Source: an uncultured Spirochaetota bacterium (lineage in GTDB: Bacteria > Spirochaetota > Spirochaetia > SZUA-6 > Fen-1364). From it: a stretch of DNA of 64,000 nucleotides. The notes below the pieces were generated by a model. That model did not search any database. It was not told the DNA's origin and was given only the letters and a program-made list of their open reading frames with translations. The position numbers and the translations under genes were made by a program. Location of the stretch: contig CAVUXE010000059.1 in assembly GCA_963745235.1 (NCBI GenBank), forward strand, positions 10,966 through 74,965. The letters run 5' to 3'. Positions 54,974 to 64,000 of the stretch are shown in pieces (position 1 is the first letter of the stretch; each line of letters begins with the position of its first letter).

Positions 54974-56312
54974 AGGCTCGCTTGCGTCCGATCCTTGCGG
55001 GGCGGGTATTCGCGCCGGGCCGCACGAGCCGTATTTCCAGCCGGGTGCCCGCCATTTCCCGCAGGCGCTTCATTCCCTCTGACTCGTCGATGCGCCGGGT
55101 GATCGCCTCCCCCTCGGATACCACCGCGTCCCTGAACTTTCGCAGGGCCTCCGCGACTGTCACTTTTTTCCTGCGTTTCCTGTCTTTCACGAGGCCATAA
55201 AGGAACTCGCAGATCTCCTCCGCCCCGGCGTGCAGCTTCAACCGGCCGATGTTGCGCTGGTACTCAGCGATGATGTCGGGCCGTTTTGCCAGCCGTGAAA
55301 GTCGCGTCGCAAGCTGACTGGGGGTCCGGGTGAGCCAGCCCACACGGTTGTTGATGACCCAGTTGGTCGTCTCTTTCTCGTTTGCCAGGAAGCTCGAGAT
55401 GATGAGGGGCCTGCCCTGGACCAGCGTCTCGAACACCTGGTTTGGCCCGGACTTTCCCACCACAAGGTCAGAGGCGGCAATGTAGTCCGCCAGGTTGGTC
55501 AGGTAGCCACGGACGGCAATACGTACGCTTCCCGTGGGCCCCGCTGCAAGCGTCTCCAGGTCATGCCGCAGCCGCTCATTCCTCCCGCAAACCACGACGG
55601 CCTGGATGTCGAGCTTCCGTTCTATCAGCATTGCGATGTATTTCTTGACCGGGCCCACGCCCTCTGCCCCGAAGAAGAAGAGCGCGGTAAAAGCCTTCTG
55701 CTCAAGCTGGAGCTTGCGGCGAAGGGTGGGTTTGCTCTCCTTGCGCCGAGCGAAGGATGGCTTTACCGGGAACTGGAAGACCTTCAGCCTGCTCGCGGGA
55801 ATGCCCTTCTGACAGATCTCCTCTCGCGACTTCTGGGAGAAGACGAGGCTCCAGTCGAATGCAGGAGAAAACCAGATGTAGTGCGAGTCGAACGGCTCGG
55901 GGTTGAGCACCACGGTGGTCGCGTCCAGCTGCCCGACTCTCTTGAGGAGCTCCAGGTAGTGGGTATAGGTGAAGTAGGTAGAGACGACGAGATCCGGCTT
56001 CTCACGCTCCAGGTACTGGACGAACCTGGGGAGGATGGTGATCCCCAGGATCCTGTCAATGATCTTGATCATGAAGGGATTGTCCGCGCCCCTGTAGAAC
56101 GCGTTTATCAGCGGCGGATAGCGCAGCGCGCTGTTCCAGTAGAAACGGTAGATGTACCGGAGAAAATTGGCTCCCAGCGCCAGGCCGAGGTTCACGACGT
56201 GGACCTCGACGTCCCGGTGGCCCATCAATTCGAACTGCTCTTTTATCGCCATTGCGGGAGCTATGTGCCCGCCGCCGATATCGATCGTGTAGAAGTCGAT
56301 GCGTTTCCTCAT
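54966..56312 (-). CDS. MGDG-synthase-like (GT28) glycosyltransferase
   Basis: IGGGHIAPA, VVVCGRN, VGKSGP, NEKE. Confidence 0.85.
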   Translation of the reverse strand: MRKRIDFYTIDIGGGHIAPAMAIKEQFELMGHRDVEVHVVNLGLALGANFLRYIYRFYWNSALRYPPLINAFYRGADNPFMIKIIDRILGITILPRFVQYLEREKPDLVVSTYFTYTHYLELLKRVGQLDATTVVLNPEPFDSHYIWFSPAFDWSLVFSQKSREEICQKGIPASRLKVFQFPVKPSFARRKESKPTLRRKLQLEQKAFTALFFFGAEGVGPVKKYIAMLIERKLDIQAVVVCGRNERLRHDLETLAAGPTGSVRIAVRGYLTNLADYIAASDLVVGKSGPNQVFETLVQGRPLIISSFLANEKETTNWVINNRVGWLTRTPSQLATRLSRLAKRPDIIAEYQRNIGRLKLHAGAEEICEFLYGLVKDRKRRKKVTVAEALRKFRDAVVSEGEAITRRIDESEGMKRLREMAGTRLEIRLVRPGANTRPARIGRKRASR

Positions 56313-56418
56313 GCGGCGAAAAGTGTAGACCCCGCGCCGGAAACATGTCAACGTTTTTTGAAACGGCATCGGCGGCCGATGTAGGCAGCCCCGCTCGGCC
56401 TGCGCCCGCTCCGCAAAC

Positions 56419-56450
56419 CTGCTCACCCGGATGCCTGCTCACCCGGATGC
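56419..56450 (+). repeat. Perfect 16-bp tandem duplication
   Basis: CTGCTCACCCGGATGC x2, directly before TTGACC at 56451. Confidence 0.85.
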
Positions 56451-56488
56451 TTGACCAGCGCCCGTTTTTTCCTGATAGTGGTGGCGAA

Positions 56489-56746
56489 GCGTTGACGGAG
56501 ACGAGTAGGCAGGAGCTCCGGTCCAGAGAGAGGGCGTCCCAAGGGTGTGAGGCGCCTGTCCGCCTCCTGCTGAAAACCACTCCCGAGCTGATTGCAGAAA
56601 GAGCGCGCCTCCGTGCGGCCTGCCGGCCGTGCCAGAGCGAATCAAGGTGGAACCGCGGAGAGCCCCTTCGGCCCTTCGTCCTTGAAGACGCGGATGGATT
56701 TTCCGCGCCGAATGAGGGACGAAGCAGCCGAGGGGGCTTCGTTTTC
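56489..56746 (+). ncRNA. Thr T-box riboswitch
   Basis: Stem I with AGTA, AGAGA and GGTGTGA motifs; specifier ACC (56576-56578); T-box AAGGTGGAACCGCG (56644-56657); competing long hairpin 56660-56740. Confidence 0.85.
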
Positions 56747-56758
56747 TGGAGGATGGAC

Positions 56759-58502
56759 ATGCAGGATGATCGACAGGACAGGCTTCTCAGGGTTCGACAT
56801 TCCTTTTCCCACGTGATGGCGGAGGCCGTGCTCCAGGTGTTTCCGGACGCAAAGCTCGCCATCGGGCCGGCCATTGATGAAGGCTTCTACTATGACTTCG
56901 ACCTTCCGCGCGCTCTTACGCGGGAGGACCTGGCCGCCCTGGAAGAGAAGATGCGCGCAATCGTGTCAGGGGATCACCCTTTCACGAAGAAGGTCGTTTC
57001 TCGCGCGGATGCGACGAACCTCTTCAGCGGGCAGCCCTACAAGCTGGAGCTCATTGCGGATCTCCCCGAGGGAGAGGAGATATCCACCTACACCCAGGAC
57101 ACTTTCACAGACCTTTGCCGGGGTCCTCACGTGGACAGCACGAAGCAGCTCCCGCCGGACGCTTTCAAGCTCACCTCGATTGCCCGGTGCCTACTGGCGC
57201 GGGGATGAGAAAAACAAGATGCTGCAGCGCATCTACGGCACTGCGTGGGAGTCGAAGGCGGAGCTGGAGGCGCACCTCAAGAAGCTCGAAGAGATCGAGA
57301 AGCGGGATCACAGGCGCCTGGGGCGCGAGCTGGACCTCTTTTCCGTGCACGAGGAGGCGGGAGCCGGCCTCATCTACTGGCATCCCAAGGGTGCGCGCGT
57401 CCGCCTCGCCATAGAGGACTTCTGGCGCCAGGAGCACCTCCGCCACGGCTACGACATACTCTACACGCCGCACATCGGCAAGTCATGGCTCTGGGAGACC
57501 TCGGGGCACCTCGGGTTCTACAAGCAGAACATGTACGCCCCCCTGTCGATCGACGACGTGGACTACTACGTCAAGCCGATGAACTGCCCGTTCCATCTCA
57601 TGATCTACAAGAGCCAGCAGCGCTCCTACCGCGACCTTCCCCTGCGCTGGGCAGAGCTGGGGACAGTGTACCGCTACGAAAGATCGGGGGTGCTGCACGG
57701 GCTGCTTCGCGTGAGAGGGTTCACGCAGGACGACGCGCATATCATCTGCACTCCCGAGCAGGTGGACGATGAGATCCTCGAGGTCCTGCGTTTTTCGCTT
57801 TCCATCTGGAAAGCCTTCGGGTTTACGGACATCAAGGCGTATCTTGCCACCAAGCCGCCTGACGGAATCGGAGATGACGCGACATGGGAAAGGGCCATCG
57901 CGTCTCTCAAGCGGGCCATCACCGCGGAAAACCTCCAATACGTCATGGACGAAGGCGGGGGCGCATTCTACGGTCCGAAGATCGATCTCAAAATCAAGGA
58001 CGCCCTCGGCCGCGAGTGGCAGATGACGACCATCCAGTTCGACTGGAACATGCCGGCCCGGTTCGGCATCACCTACGTCGCCTCCGACAACACGCAGAAG
58101 CAGCCTTTCATGGTGCACCGGGCGCTTCTGGGGTCGCTGGAGAGGTTCTTCGGCGTCCTGGTGGAGCACTACGGCGGCGCATTCCCCGCCTGGCTTGCGC
58201 CGGTGCAGGTCATGGCCATTCCCGTGGCCCCGGGATTTGCCCCGTACGCCGAAGAGGTCGTGAAGGCGCTGCGCCTGCGGGGAGTCCGGGCTGAGACTGA
58301 CAAGGGAGAGGAGCGGATGAATGCGAAGATCCGCAACGCCCAGAATCAGAAAATCCCGTTCATGCTGATCCTGGGAGAAAAGGAGCAGAACGGCAAGGCT
58401 GTATCCGTGCGGACGAGATCGGGAGAGCAGAAGAACCTGATCCCCCTGACGGATTTCCTCGCGCAGATCGATGAAGAGGTGAAGCCGAAGTCTCTCGCCT
58501 AG
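56759..58502 (+). CDS. thrS: Threonyl-tRNA synthetase, short form (frameshift ~57184)
   Basis: RHSFSHVMA, DLCRGPH, GAYWRGD, KPMNCP, RVRGFTQDDAH, AFYGPKID, HRALLGS. Confidence 0.95.
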
Positions 58503-58506
58503 GACC

Positions 58507-59839
58507 ATGATCGACATGATCATCAAGCGGGACGGGCGCGCCGTTCCGTTCGACAGGGAAAAGATCACATCCGCGGTCTACCGGGCGGCCGTGGCCTGCG
58601 GCGGAAGGGACAAGGGAGAGGCCGAACGTGTCACGGAAGAGGTGATGCAAATGCTGGCCGCCCGCCGGGATCCCGGCAGCTATCCGACGGTGGAAGAGGT
58701 GCAGGACCTCGTTGAGAAGGCGTTGATAGAGCGCGGCCACGCGCGCACGGCAAAGGCATACATCGTCTACCGGTACGAGCACACCCTGAAGCGGGCGGGC
58801 AGAGAGAGCCTCACATATTCGTCGGAGAATATTCCCTACCGCAAGCTCTGGGAGACACTGTCCTGGGGAATCGATCACCAGTGCGTCACCCTTGAAGAGC
58901 TTTCCGGCCTCATGGCGGCCGGGAGGTACAAGGAGCTCGTGGAGGCCTCGGAGAGCTTCTATGAGAGTGAGCTTTCCGGCGCATTCGGACAGGATCATTG
59001 AACATCGGGAGGAGCTGCGGGTCATCATCATTGCGGGGCCTTCCTCTTCGGGGAAGACCACGACGACGCTTCGCATCCGTGAAAAACTGACCGCCGCCGG
59101 TGTCTCCACCATTCCTCTTGCGGTGGATAACTACTTTTTCGACCTGGATGCCCACCCGAGGATCGGAATAGACGACTATGACTTCGAGACTCCACAGGCT
59201 CTGGACCTCGCCCTGATAGATGCCCACCTGCGCGCCCTGGTGGGCGGGCAGACCGTCGAGGTGCCCGCGTATAATTTCAAAACGGGAAAGAGGGAAGGAG
59301 TATCCGGCTCGCTGCGCCTTGCGCAACGCGACGTGCTGCTCATCGATTCACTGCACGGGCTCTTCCCAGAGATGACACAGAGCGTCCCTGAAGAGAAGAA
59401 GTTCCGCCTGTACACCGAAACGCTGTCCCAGATCAAGGGACCTGACGGCCGCTGGGTCCGCTGGGCGGACGTGCGCATGCTTCGCAGGATCGTTCGGGAT
59501 TCGCAGTTCAGGAACTACACCCCGCGGGAGACCATTCGACACTGGCACCTCGTCCGCCGCTCGGAGTTGCGCTACATTGTCCCCCAGCTGCGCCGGGCAC
59601 ACGCCATCGTCAACAGCTTTCTTCCTTATGAGCTGCCCGTGATGAAAGCACGGGTGGCAACGCAGCTGGGGACCCTGATCGAAGAGTTCGCGGCAGACCC
59701 CGCCCGCCAGGATGCCTACGAGCGGGCAGTCAGGGTGAAGGGCCTCTTCGACCAGATCCCCGCGGTCGAAGACGAAAGCCTTGTTCCGCCCGGCTCCCTC
59801 CTGAGGGAGTTCATTGGCGGGAGCAGCTTCGTATACTGA
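58507..59839 (+). CDS. ATP-cone + uridine-kinase-like P-loop protein (frameshift ~58987)
   Basis: IIKRDGRAVPFDREKI...VEEVQDLVEKAL (ATP cone); AGPSSSGKTT, DNYF, DFETPQALD, LRRIVRD. Confidence 0.85.
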
Positions 59840-59844
59840 CGGCT

Positions 59845-60684
59845 ATGAGCGCAACACAAGTTGTGAGTTCAATTGTCTCGACTCCGGCATCGTGGGTCAT
59901 CCTGGCCGGCCTGTTCATCGGTGCCGCCATCAGCCGGGCCACCGTACGAACCCGCCATCGGAGAAACCCGGAGCGCGCGCGAACGACAAAGTGGATCCTC
60001 TTCTGCCTCCTCATGTCCGTCGGCATCATCCTGGGAGTGGTTGCCGTCTTCGTGTCCGGGCCCGGGGGGATAGCGGACCCGAAGCTGGGCGCGGTTGCCG
60101 GGGTGGCGGTCGCTCTCTCCTTCGCGGCCACCAGGTTCAAGAAGGCGCTTGGCATACCAGTTGTCGTGCTCATCGTTGCCGCCGCCATGTTCCTGGGGCT
60201 CTTCCTCCAGAGCATCAGGGCTTTCACGGGCCAGACAACCATTGCGGCGGTGAGAGTCATCAGCGCGGGGAATGGATCCATGCGGCTGGAGCTTCTGCCT
60301 CGCGACGGTGAGCCCGTGCTTCTCAACATGGAAGGAGAGTACTTTGCCCCGATCGTAAAGGTGGTCATTTTCGACGACCTCCTGGTGTTTCTCGGGGCAA
60401 GAACCTGGTACAGGTTCGAAGGCATGACGTCCTTCAAGCTCGTGAAGGACGACACCGGGTTCAGGTTCCGCCAGGGCTCAACGGACTTCTATTTTCACCG
60501 CGCGGAAGGCATCTCGGAGAGGCTCTGGAGCTTCTTCGAGGCGAACGAAAAGCGGATCCCCGGCGTCAGGACGGTGCAGGTGGAAATGGACCTGAAGAAA
60601 GCGGACACAGGCGTACGGGAGTTCGCAACCTACGACATCGTCATCCGCAACAACGGAGGTGAGGAGATCATCCCCCGCTCATGA
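59845..60684 (+). CDS. Hypothetical membrane protein
   Basis: About four N-terminal TM helices plus a soluble C-terminal domain. Confidence 0.7.
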   Translation: MSATQVVSSIVSTPASWVILAGLFIGAAISRATVRTRHRRNPERARTTKWILFCLLMSVGIILGVVAVFVSGPGGIADPKLGAVAGVAVALSFAATRFKKALGIPVVVLIVAAAMFLGLFLQSIRAFTGQTTIAAVRVISAGNGSMRLELLPRDGEPVLLNMEGEYFAPIVKVVIFDDLLVFLGARTWYRFEGMTSFKLVKDDTGFRFRQGSTDFYFHRAEGISERLWSFFEANEKRIPGVRTVQVEMDLKKADTGVREFATYDIVIRNNGGEEIIPRS

Positions 60685-61504
60685 TGCGCCCTTGATCCTG
60701 CCGGACCCTCGGGGCCGCGGAGGGATTCGGGCAAATCGCTTTCCAAGAAAGATTCCTTTGTCCACCACGGACGCCACGATGATGCCGGCAACAACCCACT
60801 CTATGACGGTCACCACCACGGGATTCCCGATCACTGGCACGCGGAACAGCTCCGCAAGCTCCAGCACGTAGAGCACCATGGTGGCGAATATGGAAGCCTT
60901 CCCAAGGAAAGTGGCCACCGGGTCCGCCTTGCCTTCCCGGAAGGGCAAGAAGCGCCATGCCGAAGGCGAACAGGATCAGGCGTGAGATGACCAGGATGAA
61001 CAACCAGACCGGGATGAGCGCGTAGTAACGGAAGACGATGGATACCGCGACGATCATCAAGTAGTCGCTCGTGGAATCCAGGTACCTGCCTACAAAGGTG
61101 ACCTGGTTTCGTTTCCGCGCGACCACACCGTCCAGGAAATCCGTGGCGAACACCAGGCAGGCGAAAGGGAGCAGGACGGGCACCAGGGGGTACGATGACG
61201 CCTGTATGATGAGGAACAGGATGGAAGGGATGGAGCTCAGACGGCCAAAAGTGAGAGAGTTCGAGAGGTTGACCCTGGTCAGCGGAGCCGGCATCCCTTC
61301 CACCCGGAAGTCCTCCTTTCGGGACAGGAGGAACGCCGTCAGGAGGGCATGATAGACGAAAGTGATGCCGACGTAGAGAAAAAACCTGGCCCAGGCCATG
61401 CGAAACGAGGCAAAGATGATTGCAAGCAGGAGGGCCTGGGCCGAAAAGAGGACTGCTCCGTGGACGGAAATGCTTCGATGGAGCGACCTGCTGGCTGGCA
61501 TCAT
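60679..61504 (-). CDS. CDP-alcohol phosphatidyltransferase (frameshift ~60939)
   Basis: NSLTFGR, TDFLDGVVARKRNQVTFVGRYLDSTSD. Confidence 0.85.
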
Positions 61505-61587
61505 GGCGAATCTATGGGGCCTCGCAGCTCCTGTCAAGGGAAAGTCGAAATAGTTGACGAAATGCCGGTCCGTACTATGATGCACCC

Positions 61588-62163
61588 ATGACTTTGCCCA
61601 TGATCCTCACGGTTGGTCGGATCGGCCTGGCTCCGCTTCTCTTCCTCCTTTTCAGCCTGACGGGAAGCGGCAGCCTCGGACTGATCATCGCGATCTGGGT
61701 AATCTTTCTGGTCATCGAGGTGTCGGACCTTCTGGATGGCCACCTGGCCCGCCTTTGGCACCAGGAGTCGGAATTGGGCAAAGTCCTTGACCCGATGGCA
61801 GATACCTTGTGCAGGCTCACGTACTTCATTGCCCTCGCGGGTGCGCGGATCCTGCCTTTGTGGATGCTGCTGGTCTTTGTGTATCGGGACTTCGTGGTGG
61901 CCTACATCAGGGTCGTGATTTCCCGGGAAGGTGTGATGCTGGCCGCCCGGATCAGCGGAAAGCTGAAGGCCTGGACGTACGCAATCGCTGCGGGGGGCGG
62001 CTTCATGGTCTTTTCCCTGAGAATGATGGGAGCGCCTTCGATTTGGATGGCTGGCTTTCAGTGGCTTTCCCTGGGGCTTTTCGTGGCCGCCGTTGGCGTT
62101 GCGGCCTGGTCTTTTACGGATTACGCCGTTTTTTTTGTGAAGAATTTCGGAAAGGCTAGTTGA
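61588..62163 (+). CDS. pgsA: CDP-diacylglycerol--glycerol-3-phosphate phosphatidyltransferase
   Basis: SDLLDGHLARLWHQESELGKVLDPMAD, YRDF, GKLK. Confidence 0.85.
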   Translation: MTLPMILTVGRIGLAPLLFLLFSLTGSGSLGLIIAIWVIFLVIEVSDLLDGHLARLWHQESELGKVLDPMADTLCRLTYFIALAGARILPLWMLLVFVYRDFVVAYIRVVISREGVMLAARISGKLKAWTYAIAAGGGFMVFSLRMMGAPSIWMAGFQWLSLGLFVAAVGVAAWSFTDYAVFFVKNFGKAS

Positions 62164-62190
62164 CATATTCATGGGCTAGTTGATATATTC
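62154..62190 (+). promoter_or_regulatory. rrn promoter within a 20-bp-period tandem repeat
   Basis: TTGACA (62160-62165), 18 bp, TATATT (62184-62189) with an upstream TG; repeat GGCTAGTTGAYATATTC x2. Confidence 0.7.
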
Positions 62191-62301
62191 TCACTTGCCT
62201 CAAGAGTAGTACTAACCTCTGATCAAGTTCTGAGGGGGGAAGTACCGTCCCAAGGGGCAACGTGCGTGAAGGAGGGAATGCAACCTCTGGAGCGCAAAAC
62301 G

Positions 62302-62335
62302 ACCTCACGGCACGCCGTGAGGTGGATCTTTGACA
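62302..62335 (+). promoter_or_regulatory. rrn leader boxB-like hairpin and boxA-like motif
   Basis: ACCTCACGG-cacg-CCGTGAGGT then GATCTTTGACA. Confidence 0.55.
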
Positions 62336-62445
62336 GTCAAGGGAAGGGGAGAAAGAGGTCAGCTTCTTCCGAGCTTCGGCACGGAAGTAAGTGAGAGCGG
62401 GTCAACAAGATAGATAAAAGATCCTCCCGCAAGGGAGGGTTGTAT

Positions 62446-63995
<1,550 letters not shown>

Positions 63996-64000
63996 GAGAA

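Overview
GC-rich bacterial chromosome segment from a Spirochaetota member, judged from the 16S rRNA at the right end and spirochaete-type gene forms (solo groEL, short ThrRS, cyclophilin-FKBP fusion). It is mostly housekeeping: aroE, a TetR/LolA-like/ABC operon, a glucosylglycerate-type compatible-solute cluster, ClC, OmpA, pdhABC-lpdA, trpB2, zwf-opcA-pgl, birA, groEL, yajC-secDF, tkt, putA, thrS, lipid genes and the start of an rrn operon. I found no mobile element, prophage or CRISPR-Cas. About 16 single-base frameshifts, including one in essential thrS, are most likely read errors. Best leads: (1) a PHP phosphatase fused to two SerA-type serine-binding ACT domains; (2) dispersed intergenic hairpins carrying the CsrA/RsmA ANGGA motif around groEL; (3) an unannotated, apparently leaderless WWWW leader peptide and attenuator controlling trpB2; (4) pervasive leaderless-type gene starts; (5) an MBL-cNMP-hemerythrin protein lacking the O2-iron ligands; (6) a Thr T-box; (7) an apparently inactive M20 peptidase coupled to gpgS.
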